Shown piece by piece: positions 11,600 through 26,220 of a DNA stretch of 64,000 bases. The position numbers and the translations under genes are program-made. The DNA comes from Eledone cirrhosa (Eukaryota). Location of the stretch: assembly GCA_964016885.1 (NCBI GenBank), contig CAXHJY010000096.1:2170001-2234000 (forward strand). Direction: 5' to 3'. The notes under the pieces were generated by a model. That model searched no databases and had not been told where the DNA came from. It worked only from the letters and a program-made list of their open reading frames with translations. Numbering within the stretch: position 1 is the first letter of the stretch; each line of letters starts with the position of its first letter.

Positions 11600-14500
11600 A
11601 GATAATTTGTAAAAAAAAATCAGGGGGAGATAATTTGTAAAAAAAATCAAGGGGAGATAATTTCCAGCCGTCCAAGGGGAGATAATTTTCAGCCGTCCAA
11701 AGAGAGGTAATTTCTAACCGTCCGAGGAGAGATAATTTCCAGCCGTCCAAGGGGAGATAATTTCCAGCCGTCCAAGGGGAGATAATTTCCAGCCGTCCAA
11801 GGAGACATATTTTCCAGCCGTCCAAGGAGAGGTAATTTCTAGCCGTCCAAGGGGAGATAAATTCCAGCCTCCAAGGGGAGATAATTTCCAGCCAGCCAAA
11901 TGGAGATAATTTGTAAAAAAATCAGGGGGAGATAATTTGCAAAAAAAATCAGGGGGAGATAATTTGTAAAAAATAATCAGTGGGAGATAATTTCCAGCCG
12001 TCCAAGGGGAGATAATTTAAAAAAAAATCAGGCGGAGATAATTTGTAAAAAAAAATCAGGGGGAGATAATTTGTAAAAAAAAATCAGGGGGAGATAATTT
12101 GTAAAAAAAATCAAGGGGAGATAATTTCCAGCCGTCCAAGGGAAGATAATTTCCAGCCCTCCAAGGGGCTATAATTTCCAGTGTCCAAGGGGAGATAATT
12201 TCCAGCCAGCGAAGGGGAGATAATTTTTTTTAAAAAATCATTGGGAGATTTGTAAAAAAAATCAGGGGGAGATAATTTGTAAAAAAAATCAAGGGGAGAT
12301 AATTTCCAGCCGTCCAAGGGGAGGTAATATCTAGCCGTCCAAGGGGAGATAATTTCCAGCCGTCCAAGGGGAGATAATTTCCAGCCGTCCCAGGGTAGAT
12401 AATATCCAGCCGCCCAAGGACATATTTTCCAGCCGTCCAAGGAGAGGTAATTTCTAGCCGTCCAAGGGGAGATAAATTCCAGCCTCCAAGGGGAGATAAT
12501 TTCCAGCCAGCCAAGGGGAGATAATTTGTAAAAAAATCAGGGGGAGATAATTTGTAAAAAAAATCAGGGGGAGATAATTTGTAAAAAAAAATCAGGGGGA
12601 GATAATTTGTAAAAAAAAATCAGGGGGAGATAATTTGCAAAAAAAATCAGGGGGAGATAATTTGTAAAAAAAAATCAGGGGTAGATAATTTGTAAAAAAA
12701 AATCAGGGGGAGATAATTTGTAAAAAAAAATCAGGGGGAGATAATTTGTAAAAAAAATCAAGGGGAGATAATTTCCAGCCGTCCAAGGAGAGATAATTTA
12801 AAAAAAAATCAGGCGGAGATAATTTGTAAAAAAAAATCAGGGGGAGATAATTTGTAAAAAAAATCAGGGGGAGATAATTTGTAAAAAAAAATCAGGGGTA
12901 GATAATTTGTAAAAAAAAATCAGGGGGAGATAATTTGTAAAAAAAAATCAGGGGGAGATAATTTGTAAAAAAAATCAAGGGGAGATAATTTCCAGCCGTC
13001 CAAGGAGAGATAATTTTAAAAAAAATCAGGCGGAGATAATTTGTAAAAAAAAAGTAGGGGGAGATAATTTGTAAAAAAAAATCAGGGGGAGATAATTTGT
13101 AAAAAAAATCAAGGGGAGATAATTTCCAGCCGTCCAAGGGGAGATAATTTTCAGCCGTCCAAGGGGAGATAATTTCCCGCCAGCCAAGGGAAGATAATAT
13201 TCAAAAAAATCAGGCGGAGATAATTTGTAAAAAAAATCAGGGGGAGATAATTTGTAAAAAAATCAGGGGGAGATAATTTGTAAAAAAAAAAATCAGGGGG
13301 AGATAATTTGTAAAAAAAATCAGGGGGAGATAATTTGTAAAAAAAAATCAGGGGTAGATAATTTGTAAAAAAAAATCAGGGGGAGATAATTTGTAAAAAA
13401 AAATCAGGGGGAGATAATTTGTAAAAAAAATGAAAGGGGAGATAATATCCAGCCGTCCAAGGGGAGATAATTTCCAGCCGTCCAAGGGGAGATAATTTCC
13501 AGCCGTCCAAGGGGAGATAATTTCCATCCTTCCAAGGGGATATAATTTCCAGCCGTCCAAGGGGAGATAATTTCCATCCTTCCAAGGGGATATAATTTCC
13601 AGCCGTCCAAGGGGAGATAATTTTCAGCCGTCCAAGGAGAGGTAATTTCTAGCCGTCCAAGGAGAGATAATTTCCAGCCGTCCAAGGGGAGATAATTTCC
13701 AGCCGTCCAAGGGGAGATAATTTCCAGCCGTCCAAGGAGACATATTTTCCAGCCGTCCAAGGAGAGGTAATTCCTAGCCGTCCAAGGGGAGATAAATTCC
13801 CGCCTCCAAGGGGAGATAATTTCCAGCCAGCCAAGGGGAGATAATTTGTAAAAAAAATCAGGGGGAGATAATTTGTAAAAAAAAATCAGGGGGAGATAAT
13901 TTGTAAAAAATAATCAGGGGGAGATAATTTGTAAAAAAAATCAAGGGGAGATAATTTCCAGCCGTCCAAGGGGAGATAATTTTCAGCCGTCCAAGGGGAG
14001 ATAATTTCCCGCCAGCCAAGGGAAGATAATATTTAAAAAAATTAGGCGGAGATAATTTGTAAAAAAAATCAGGGGGAGATAATTTGTAAAAAAATCAGGG
14101 GGAGATAATTTGTAAAAAAAATCAGGGGGAGATAATTTGTAAAAAAAATCAGGGGTAGATAATTTGTAAAAAAAAATCAGGGGGAGATAATTTGTAAAAA
14201 AAATCAAGGGGAGATAATTTCCAGCCGTCCAAGGGAAGATAATTTCCAGCCCTCCAAGGGGCTATAATTTCCAGCGTCCAAGGGGAGATAATTTCCAGCC
14301 AGCGAAGGGGAGATAATTTTTTTTAAAAAATCATTGGGAGATTTGTAAAAAAAATCAGGGGGAGATAATTTGTAAAAAAAATCAAGGGGAGATAATTTCC
14401 AGCCGTCCAAGGGGAGGTAATATCTAGCCGTCCAAGGGGAGATAATTTCCAGCCGTCCAAGGGGAGATAATTTCCAGCCGTCCAAGGGTAGATAATATCC

Positions 14501-17500
14501 AGCCGTCCAAGGACATATTTTCCAGCCGTCCAAGGAGAGGTAATTTCTAGCCGTCCAAGGGGAGATAAATTCCAGCCTCCAAGGTGAGATAATTTCCAGC
14601 CAGCCAAGGGGAGATAATTTGTAAAAAAATCAGGGGGAGATAATTTGTAAAAAAAATCAGGGGGAGATAATTTGTAAAAAAAAATCAGGGGGAGATAATT
14701 TGTAAAAAAAAATCAGGGGGAGATAATTTGTAAAAAAAAATCAGGGGGAGATAATTTGTAAAAAAATCAAGGGGAGATAATTTCCAGCCGTCCAAGGGGA
14801 GATAATTTTCAGCCGTCCAAGGGGAGATAATTTCCCGCCAGCCAAGGGAAGATAATATTTGAAAAAATCAGGCGGAGATAATTTGTAAAAAAAATCAGGG
14901 GGAGATAATTTGTAAAAAAATCAGGGGGAGATAATTTGTAAAAAAAAAATCAGGGGGAGATAATTTGTAAAAAGAATCAGGGGGAGATAATTTGTAAAAA
15001 AAAATCAGGGGTAGATAAATTGTAAAAAAAAATCAGGGGGAGATAATTTGTAAAAAAAATCAGGGGGAGATAATTTGTAAAAAAAATGAAAGGGGAGATA
15101 ATATCCAGCCGTCCAAGGGGAGATAATTTCCAGCCGTCCAAGGGGAGATAATTTCCAGCCGTCCAAGGGGAGATAATTTCCATCCTTCCAAGGGGATATA
15201 ATTTCCAGCCGTCCAAGGGGAGATAATTTCCCGCCAGCCAAGGGAAGATAATTTTTAAAAAAATCAGGCGGAGATTGTAAAAAAAATCAGGGGGGAGATA
15301 ATTTGTAAAAAAATCAGGGGGAGATAATTTGTAAAAAAAAATCAGGGGGAGATAATTTGTAAAAAATAATCAGGGGGAGATAATTTGTAAAAAAAAATCA
15401 AGGGGAGATAATTTCCAGCCGTCCAAGGGGAGATAATTTCCCGCCAGCCAAGGGAAGATAATATTTAAAAAAATTAGGCGGAGATAATTTGTAAAAAAAA
15501 TCAGGGGGAGATAATTTGTAAAAAAATCAGGGGGAGATAATTTGTAAAAAAAATCAGGGGGAGATAATTTGTAAAAAAATTCATGGGGAGATAATTTGTA
15601 AAAAAAAATCAGGGGTAGATAATTTGTAAAAAAAAATCAGGGGGAGATAATTTGTAAAAAAAAATCAGGGGGAGATAATTTGTAAAAAAAATCAAGGGGA
15701 GATAATTTCCAGCCGTCCAAGGGGAGATAATTTTCAGCCGTCCAAGGAGAGGTAATTTCTAACCGTCCGAGGAGAGATAATTTCCAGCCGTCCAAGGGGA
15801 GATAATTTCCAGCCGTCCAAGGGGAGATAATTTCCAGCCGTCCAAGGAGACATATTTTCCAGCCGTCCAAGGAGAGGTAATTTCTAGCCGTCCAAGGGGA
15901 GATAAATTCCAGCCTCCAAGGGGAGATAATTTCCAGCCAGCCAAATGGAGATAATTTGTAAAAAAATCAGGGGGAGATAATTTGCAAAAAAAATCAGGGG
16001 GAGATAATTTGTAAAAAATAATCAGGGGGAGATAATTTCCAGCCGTCCAAGGGGAGATAATTTAAAAAAAAATCAGGCGGAGATAATTTGTAAAAAAAAA
16101 TCAGGGGGAGATAATTTGTAAAAAAAAATCAGGGGGAGATAATTTGTAAAAAAAATCAAGGGGAGATAATTTCCAGCCGTCCAAGGGAAGATAATTTCCA
16201 GCCCTCCAAGGGGCTATAATTTCCAGTGTCCAAGGGGAGATAATTTCCAGCCAGCGAAGGGGAGATAATTTTTTTTAAAAAATCATTGGGAGATTTGTAA
16301 AAAAAATCAGGGGGAGATAATTTGTAAAAAAAATCAAGGGGAGATAATTTCCAGCCGTCCAAGGGGAGGTAATATCTAGCCGTCCAAGGGGAGATAATTT
16401 CCAGCCGTCCAAGGGGAGATAATTTCCAGCCGTCCCAGGGTAGATAATATCCAGCCGCCCAAGGACATATTTTCCAGCCGTCCAAGGAGAGGTAATTTCT
16501 AGCCGTCCAAGGGGAGATAAATTCCAGCCTCCAAGGGGAGATAATTTCCAGCCAGCCAAGGGGAGATAATTTGTAAAAAAATCAGGGGGAGATAATTTGT
16601 AAAAAAAATCAGGGGGAGATAATTTGTAAAAAAAAATCAGGGGGAGATAATTTGTAAAAAAAAATCAGGGGGAGATAATTTGCAAAAAAAATCAGGGGGA
16701 GATAATTTGTAAAAAAAAATCAGGGGTAGATAATTTGTAAAAAAAAATCAGGGGGAGATAATTTGTAAAAAAAAATCAGGGGGAGATAATTTGTAAAAAA
16801 AATCAAGGGGAGATAATTTCCAGCCGTCCAAGGAGAGATAATTTAAAAAAAAATCAGGCGGAGATAATTTGTAAAAAAAAATCAGGGGGAGATAATTTGT
16901 AAAAAAAATCAGGGGGAGATAATTTGTAAAAAAAAATCAGGGGTAGATAATTTGTAAAAAAAAATCAGGGGGAGATAATTTGTAAAAAAAAATCAGGGGG
17001 AGATAATTTGTAAAAAAAATCAAGGGGAGATAATTTCCAGCCGTCCAAGGAGAGATAATTTTAAAAAAAATCAGGCGGAGATAATTTGTAAAAAAAAATT
17101 AGGGGGAGATAATTTGTAAAAAAAAATCAGGGGGAGATAATTTGTAAAAAAAATCAAGGGGAGATAATTTCCAGCCGTCCAAGGGGAGATAATTTTCAGC
17201 CGTCCAAGGGGAGATAATTTCCCGCCAGCCAAGGGAAGATAATATTCAAAAAAATCAGGCGGAGATAATTTGTAAAAAAAATCAGGGGGAGATAATTTGT
17301 AAAAAAATCAGGGGGAGATAATTTGTAAAAAAAAAAATCAGGGGGAGATAATTTGTAAAAAAAATCAGGGGGAGATAATTTGTAAAAAAAAATCAGGGGT
17401 AGATAATTTGTAAAAAAAAATCAGGGGGAGATAATTTGTAAAAAAAAATCAGGGGGAGATAATTTGTAAAAAAAATGAAAGGGGAGATAATATCCAGCCG

Positions 17501-19750
17501 TCCAAGGGGAGATAATTTCCAGCCGTCCAAGGGGAGATAATTTCCAGCCGTCCAAGGGGAGATAATTTCCATCCTTCCAAGGGGATATAATTTCCAGCCG
17601 TCCAAGGGGAGATAATTTCCATCCTTCCAAGGGGATATAATTTCCAGCCGTCCAAGGGGAGATAATTTTCAGCCGTCCAAGGAGAGGTAATTTCTAGCCG
17701 TCCAAGGAGAGATAATTTCCAGCCGTCCAAGGGGAGATAATTTCCAGCCGTCCAAGGGGAGATAATTTCCAGCCGTCCAAGGAGACATATTTTCCAGCCG
17801 TCCAAGGAGAGGTAATTCCTAGCCGTCCAAGGGGAGATAAATTCCCGCCTCCAAGGGGAGATAATTTCCAGCCAGCCAAGGGGAGATAATTTGTAAAAAA
17901 AATCAGGGGGAGATAATTTGTAAAAAAAATCAGGGGGAGATAATTTGTAAAAAAAAATCAGGGGGAGATAATTTGTAAAAAATAATCAGGGGGAGATAAT
18001 TTGTAAAAAAAATCAAGGGGAGATAATTTCCAGCCGTCCAAGGGGAGATAATTTTCAGCCGTCCAAGGGGAGATAATTTCCCGCCAGCCAAGGGAAGATA
18101 ATATTTAAAAAAATTAGGCGGAGATAATTTGTAAAAAAAATCAGGGGGAGATAATTTGTAAAAAAATCAGGGGGAGATAATTTGTAAAAAAAATCAGGGG
18201 GAGATAATTTGTAAAAAAAATCAGGGGGAGATAATTTGTAAAAAAAAATCAGGGGGAGATAATTTGTAAAAAAAATCAAGGGGAGATAATTTCCAGCCGT
18301 CCAAGGGAAGATAATTTCCAGCCCTCCAAGGGGCTATAATTTCCAGCGTCCAAGGGGAGATAATTTCCAGCCAGCGAAGGGGAGATAATTTTTTTTAAAA
18401 AATCATTGGGAGATTTGTAAAAAAAATCAGGGGGAGATAATTTGTAAAAAAAATCAAGGGGAGATAATTTCCAGCCGTCCAAGGGGAGGTAATATCTAGC
18501 CGTCCAAGGGGAGATAATTTCCAGCCGTCCAAGGGGAGATAATTTCCAGCCGTCCAAGGGTAGATAATATCCAGCCGTCCAAGGACATATTTTCCAGCCG
18601 TCCAAGGAGAGGTAATTTCTAGCCGTCCAAGGGGAGATAAATTCCAGCCTCCAAGGTGAGATAATTTCCAGCCAGCCAAGGGGAGATAATTTGTAAAAAA
18701 ATCAGGGGGAGATAATTTGTAAAAAAAATCAGGGGGAGATAATTTGTAAAAAAAAATCAGGGGGAGATAATTTGTAAAAAAAAATCAGGGGGAGATAATT
18801 TGTAAAAAAAAATCAGGGGGAGATAATTTGTAAAAAAATCAAGGGGAGATAATTTCCAGCCGTCCAAGGGGAGATAATTTTCAGCCGTCCAAGGGGAGAT
18901 AATTTCCCGCCAGCCAAGGGAAGATAATATTTGAAAAAATCAGGCGGAGATAATTTGTAAAAAAAATCAGGGGGAGATAATTTGTAAAAAAATCAGGGGG
19001 AGATAATTTGTAAAAAAAAAATCAGGGGGAGATAATTTGTAAAAAGAATCAGGGGGAGATAATTTGTAAAAAAAAATCAGGGGTAGATAAATTGTAAAAA
19101 AAAATCAGGGGGAGATAATTTGTAAAAAAAATCAGGGGGAGATAATTTGTAAAAAAAATGAAAGGGGAGATAATATCCAGCCGTCCAAGGGGAGATAATT
19201 TCCAGCCGTCCAAGGGGAGATAATTTCCAGCCGTCCAAGGGGAGATAATTTCCATCCTTCCAAGGGGATATAATTTCCAGCCGTCCAAGGGGAGATAATT
19301 TCCCGCCAGCCAAGGGAAGATAATTTTTAAAAAAATCAGGCGGAGATTGTAAAAAAAATCAGGGGGGAGATAATTTGTAAAAAAATCAGTGGGAGATAAT
19401 TTGTAAAAAAAAATCAGGGGGAGATAATTTGTAAAAAATAATCAGGGGGAGATAATTTGTAAAAAAAAATCAAGGGGAGATAATTTCCAGCCGTCCAAGG
19501 GGAGATAATTTCCCGCCAGCCAAGGGAAGATAATATTTAAAAAAATTAGGCGGAGATAATTTGTAAAAAAAATCAGGGGGAGATAATTTGTAAAAAAATC
19601 AGGGGGAGATAATTTGTAAAAAAAATCAGGGGGAGATAATTTGTAAAAAAATTCATGGGGAGATAATTTGTAAAAAAAAATCAGGGGTAGATAATTTGTA
19701 AAAAAAAATCAGGGGGAGATAATTTGTAAAAAAAAATCAGGGGGAGATAA
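11600..19750. repeat. ~4.05 kb internal tandem duplication (two copies)
   Basis: ORF offsets 11592/15637, 12111/16156 and 13348/17393 (4045), then 14204/18276 and 14977/19049 (4072, one extra 27-bp monomer). Shared private variants CCAAATGG, GTCCCAGGG and ATTCCCGCCTCC. Confidence 0.9.
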
Positions 19751-22700
19751 TTTGTAAAAAAAATCAAGGGGAGATAATTTCCAGCCGTCCAAGGGGAGAT
19801 AATTTTCAGCCGTCCAAGGAGAGGTAATTTCTAGCCGTCCAAGGGGAGATAATTTCCAGCCGTCCAAGGGGAGGTAATTTCCAGCCGTCCAAGGGGAGAT
19901 AATTTAAAAAAAAAAATCAGGCGGAGATAATTTGTAAAAAAAATCAAGGGGAGATAATTTGCAGCCGTCCAAGGGGAGATAATTTTCAGTCGTCCAAGGA
20001 GAGGTAATTTCTAGCCGTCCAAGGGGAGATAATTGCCAGCCGTCCAAGGGGAGATAATTTCCAGCCGTCCAAGGGGAGATAATTTTTTTTAAAAAATCAG
20101 GCGGAGATAATTTGTAAAAAAAATCAGGGGGAGATAATTTGTAAACAAAATCAGGGGGAGATAATTTGTAAAAAAAAATCAGGGGGAGATAATTTGTAAA
20201 AAAAATCATGGAGAGATAATTTCCAGCCGTCCAAGGTGAGATAATTTCCAGCCTTCCAAGGAGACATATTTTCCAGCCGTCCAAGGCGAGGTAATTTCTA
20301 GCCGTCCAAGGGGAGATAAATTCCAGCCTCCAAGGGGAGATAATTTCCAGCTAGCCAAGTGGAGATAATTTGTAAAAAAATCAGGGGGAGATAATTTGTA
20401 AAAAATATCAGGGAGATAATTTGTAAAAAAAATCAGGGGGAGATAATTTGTAAAAAAAATCAGGGGGAGATAATTTGTAAAAAAAAATCAGGGGGAGATA
20501 ATTTGTAAAAAAAATCAAGGGGAGATAATTTCCAGCCGTCCAAGGGGAGATAATTTTCAGCCGTCCAAGGGGAGATAATTTCCCGCCAGCCAAGGGAAGA
20601 AAATATTTAAAAAAATCAGGCGGAGATAATTTGTAAAAAAAATCAGGGGGAGATAATTTGTAAAAAAATCAGGGGGAGATAATTTGTAAAAAAAAAAATC
20701 AGGGGGAGATAATTTGTAAAAAAAATCAGGGGGAGATAATTTGTAAAAAAAAATCAGGGATAGATAATTTGTAAACAAAAATCAGGGGGAGATAATTTGT
20801 AAAAAAAAATCAGGGGGAGATAATTTGTAAAAAAAATGAAAGGGGAGATAATATCCAGCCGTCCAAGGGGAGATAATTTCCAGCCGTCCAAGGGGATATA
20901 ATTTCCAGCCGTCCAAGGGGAGATAATTTCCATCCTTCCAAGGGGATATAATTTCCAGCCGTCCAAGGGGAGATAATTTCCCGCCAGCCAAGGGAAGATA
21001 ATTTTTAAAAAAATCAGGCGGAGATTGTAAAAAAAATCAGGGGGGAGATAATTTGTAAAAAAATCAGGGGGAGATAATTTGTAAAAAATAATCAGGGGGA
21101 GATAATTTGTAAAAAAATTCAAGGGGAGATAATTTCCAGCCGTCCAAGGGGAGATAATTTCCCGCCAGCCAAGGGAAGATAATATTTAAAAAAATTAGGA
21201 GGAGATAATTTGTAAAAAAAATCAGGGGGAGATAATTTGTAAAAAAATCAGGGGGAGATAATTTGTAAAAAAAATCAGGGGGAGATAATTTGTAAAAAAA
21301 ATCATGGGGAGATAATTTGTAAAAAAAAATCAGGGGTAGATAATTTGTAAAAAAAAATCAGGGGGAGATAATTTGTAAAAAAAAATCAGGGGGAGATAAT
21401 TTGTAAAAAAAATCAAGGGGAGATAATATCCAGCCGTCCAAGGAGAGATAATTTAAAAAAAAAATGAGGCGGAGATAATTTGTAAAAAAAAAATCAGGGG
21501 GAGTTAATTTGTAAAAAAAAATGAGGGGGAGATAATTTGTAAAAAAAATCAAGGGGAGATAATTTCCAGCCGTCCAAGGGGAGATAATTTTCAGCCGTCC
21601 AAGGAGAGGTAATTTCTAGCCGTCCAAGGGGAGATAATTTCCAGCCGTCCAAGGGGAGGTAATTTCCAGCCGTCCAAGGGGAGATAATTTAAAAAAAAAA
21701 ATCAGGCGGAGATAATTTGTAAAAAAAATCAAGGGGAGATAATTTGCAGCCGTCCAAGGGGAGATAATTTTCAGTCGTCCAAGGAGAGGTAATTTCTAGC
21801 CGTCCAAGGGGAGATAATTTCCAGCCGTCCAAGGGGAGATAATTTCCAGCCGTCCAAGGGGAGATAATTTTTTTTAAAAAATCAGGCGGAGATAATTTGT
21901 AAAAAAAATCAGGGGGAGATAATTTGTAAACAAAATCAGGGGGAGATAATTTGTAAAAAAAAATCAGGGGGAGATAATTTGTAAAAAAAATTAGGCGTAG
22001 ATAATTTGTAAAAAAAAATCAGGGGGAGATAATTTGTAAAAAAAAATCAGGGGGAGATAATTTGTTTAAAAAATCAAGGGGAGATAATTTGCAGCCGTCC
22101 AAGGGGAGATAATTTTCAGCCGTCCAAGGAGAGGTAATTTCTAGCCGTTCAAGGGGAGATAATTTCCAGCCGTCCAAGGGGAGATAATTTTTTTTAAAAA
22201 ATCAGGCGGAGATAATTTGTAAAAAAAAATCAGGGGGAGATAATTCGTAAAAAAAAATCAGGGGGAGATAATTTGTAAAAAAAAATCAGGGGGAGATAAT
22301 TTGTAAAAAAAATCAAGGGGAGATAATTTCCAGCCGTCCAAGGGGAGGTAATATCTAGCCGTCCAAGGGGAGATAATTTCCAGCCGTCCAAGGGGAGATA
22401 ATTTCCAGCCGTCCAAGGGGAGATAATTTCCAGCCGTCCAAGGAGACATATTTTCCAGCCGTCCAAGGCGAGGTAATTTCTAGCCGTCCAAGGAGAGATT
22501 AATTCCAGCCTCCAAGGGGAGATAATTTCCAGCCAGCCAAGGGGAGATAATTTGTAAAAAAATCAGGGGGAGATAATTTGTAAAAAATATCAGGGAGATA
22601 ATTTGTAAAAAAAAATCAGGGGGAGATAATTTGTAAAAAAAATCAGGGGGAGATAATTTGTAAAAAAAAATCAGGGGGAGATAATTTGTAAAAAAAATCA

Positions 22701-25700
22701 AGGGGAGATAATTTCCAGCCGTCCAAGGGGAGATAATTTTCAGCCGTCCAAGGAGAGGTAATTTCTAACCGTCCGAGGAGAGATAATTTCCAGCCGTCCA
22801 AGGGGAGATAATTTCCAGCCGTCCAAGGGGAGATAATTTCCAGCCGTCCAAGGAGACATATTTTCCAGCCGTCCAAGGAGAGGTAATTTCTAGCCGTCCA
22901 AGGGGAGATAAATTCCAGCCTCCAAGGGGAGATAATTTCCAGCCAGCCAAGGGGAGATAATTTGTAAAAAAATCAGGGGGAGATAATTTGCAAAAAAAAT
23001 CAGGGGGAGATAATTTGTAAAAAAAATCAGGGGGAGATAATTTGTAAAAAATAATCAGGGGGAGATAATTTCCAGCCGTCCAAGGGAAGATAATTTCCAG
23101 CCCTCCAAGGGGCTATAATTTCCAGTGTCCAAGGGGAGATAATTTCCAGCCAGCGAAGGGGAGATAATTTTTTTTTAAAAATCATTGGGAGATTTGTAAA
23201 AAAAATCAGGGGGAGATAATTTGTAAAAAAAATCAAGGGGAGATAATTTCCAGCCGTCCAAGGGGAGGTAATATCTAGCCGTCCAAGGGTAGATAATTTC
23301 CAGCCGTCCAACGGGAGATAATTTCCAGCCGTCCAAGGGTAGATAATATCCAGCCGCCCAAGGACATATTTTCCAGCCGTCCAAGGAGAGGTAATTTCTA
23401 GCCGTCCAAGGGGAGATAATTTCCAGCCGTCCAAGGGTAGATAATATCCAGCCGTCCAAGGACATATTTTCCAGCCGTCCAAGGAGAGGTAATTTCTAGC
23501 CGTCCAAGGGGAGATAAATTCCAGCCTCCAAGGGGAGATAATTTCCAGCCAGCCAAGGGGAGATAATTTGTAAAAAAATCAGGGGGAGATAATTTGTAAA
23601 AAAAATCAGGGGGAGATAATTTGTAAAAAAAAATCAGGGGGAGATAATTTGTAAAAAAAAATCAGGGTGAGATAATTTGCAAAAAAAATCAGGGGGAGAT
23701 AATTTGTAAAAAAAATCAGGGGTAGATAATTTGTAAAAAAAAATCAGGGGGAGATAATTTGTAAAAAAAAATCAGGGGGAGATAATTTGTAAAAAAAATC
23801 AAGGGGAGATAATTTCCAGCCGTCCAAGGAGAGATAATTTTAAAAAAAATCAGGCGGAGATAATTTGTAAAAAAAAATCAGGGGGAGATAATTTGTAAAA
23901 AAAATCAGGGGGAGATAATTTGTAAAAAAAAATCAGGGGTAGATAATTTGTAAAAAAAAATCAGGGGGAGATAATTTGTAAAAAAAAATCAGGAGGAGAT
24001 AATTTGTAAAAAAAATCAAGGGGAGATAATTTCCAGCCGTCCAAGGAGAGATAATTTAAAAAAAAATCAGGCGGAGATAATTTGTAAAAAAAAATCAGGG
24101 GGAGATAATTTGTAAAAAAATCAGGGGGAGATAATTTGTAAAAAAAAAAATCAGCGGGAGATAATTTGTAAAAAAAATCAGGGGGAGATAATTTGTAAAA
24201 AAAATCAGGGGTAGATAATTTGTAAAAAAAAATCAGGGGGAGATAATTTGTAAAAAAAAATCAGGGGGAGATAATTTGTAAAAAAAATGAAAGGGGAGAT
24301 AATATCCAGCCGTCCAAGGGGAGATAATTTCCAGCCGTCCAAGGGGAGATAATTTCCAGCCGTCCAAGGGGAGATAATTTCCATCCTTCCAAGGGGATAT
24401 AATTTCCAGCCGTCCAAGGGGAGATAATTTCCATCCTTCCAAGGGGATATAATTTCCAGCCGTCCAAGGGGAGATAATTTTCAGCCGTCCAAGGAGAGGT
24501 AATTTCTAGCCGTCCAAGGAGAGATAATTTCCAGCCGTCCAAGGGGAGATAATTTCCAGCCGTCCAAGGGGAGATAATTTCCAGCCGTCCAAGGAGACAT
24601 ATTTTCCAGCCGTCCAAGGAGAGGTAATTCCTAGCCGTCCAAGGGGAGATAAATTCCAGCCTCCAAGGGGAGATAATTTCCAGCCAGCCAAGGGGAGATA
24701 ATTTGTAAAAAAAATCAGGGGGAGATAATTTGTAAAAAAAATCAGGGGGAGATAATTTGTAAAAAAAAATCAGGGGTAGATAATTTGTAAAAAATAATCA
24801 GGGGGACATAATTTGTAAAAAAAATCAAGGGGAGATAATTTCCAGCCGTCCAAGGGGAGATAATTTTCAGCCGTCCAAGGGGAGATAATTTCCCGCCAGC
24901 CAAGGGAAGATAATATTTAAAAAAATTAGGCGGAGATAATTTGTAAAAAAAATCAGGGGGAGATAATTTGTAAAAAAATCAGGGGGAGATAATTTGTAAA
25001 AAAAATCAGGGGGAGATAATTTGTAAAAAAATCAGTGGGAGATAATTTGTAAAAAAAAATCAGGGGGAGATAATTTGTAAAAAAAATCAAGGGGAGATAA
25101 TTTCCAGCCGTCCAAGGGAAGATAATTTCCAGCCCTCCAAGGGGCTATAATTTCCAGCGTCCAAGGGGAGATAATTTCCAGCCAGCGAAGGGGAGATAAT
25201 TTTTTTTAAAAAATCATTGGGAGATTTGTAAAAAAAATCAGGGGGAGATAATTTGTAAAAAAAATCAAGGGGAGATAATTTCCAGCCGTCCAAGGGGAGG
25301 TAATATCTAGCCGTCCAAGGGGAGATAATTTCCAGCCGTCCAAGGGGAGATAATTTCCAGCCGTCCAAGGGTAGATAATATCCAGCCGTCCAAGGACATA
25401 TTTTCCAGCCGTCCAAGGAGAGGTAATTTCTAGCCGTCCAAGGGGAGATAAATTCCAGCCTCCAAGGTGAGATAATTTCCAGCCAGCCAAGGGGAGATAA
25501 TTTGTAAAAAAATCAGGGGGAGATAATTTGTAAAAAAAATCAGGGGGAGATAATTTGTAAAAAAAAATCAGGGGGAGATAATTTGTAAAAAAAAATCAGG
25601 GGGAGATAATTTGTAAAAAAAAATCAGGGGGAGATAATTTGTAAAAAAATCAAGGGGAGATAATTTCCAGCCGTCCAAGGGGAGATAATTTTCAGCCGTC

Positions 25701-26220
25701 CAAGGGGAGATAATTTCCCGCCAGCCAAGGGAAGATAATATTTGAAAAAATCAGGCGGAGATAATTTGTAAAAAAAATCAGGGGGAGATAATTTGTAAAA
25801 AAATCAGGGGGAGATAATTTGTAAAAAAAAAATCAGGGGGAGATAATTTGTAAAAAGAATCAGGGGGAGATAATTTGTAAAAAAAAATCAGGGGTAGATA
25901 AATTGTAAAAAAAAATCAGGGGGAGATAATTTGTAAAAAAAATCAGGGGGAGATAATTTGTAAAAAAAATGAAAGGGGAGATAATATCCAGCCGTCCAAG
26001 GGGAGATAATTTCCAGCCGTCCAAGGGGAGATAATTTCCAGCCGTCCAAGGGGAGATAATTTCCATCCTTCCAAGGGGATATAATTTCCAGCCGTCCAAG
26101 GGGAGATAATTTCCCGCCAGCCAAGGGAAGATAATTTTTAAAATAATCAGGCGGAGATTGTAAAAAAAATCAGGGGGGAGATAATTTGTAAAAAAATCAG
26201 GGGGAGATAATTTGTAAAAA

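Larger units (their letters stand above)
4600..26220. repeat. ~21.6 kb higher-order tandem duplication, copy 1
   Basis: ORF-track offsets to copy 2: 4635/26253 (21618), 6480/28099 (21619), 9352/30971 (21619), 11179/32743 (21564), 22230/43793 (21563), 25860/47422 (21562). Private variants are shared, e.g. ATAATTACAGCC (~4850/26468) and AGATGAATTG (~7853/29472). Confidence 0.92.
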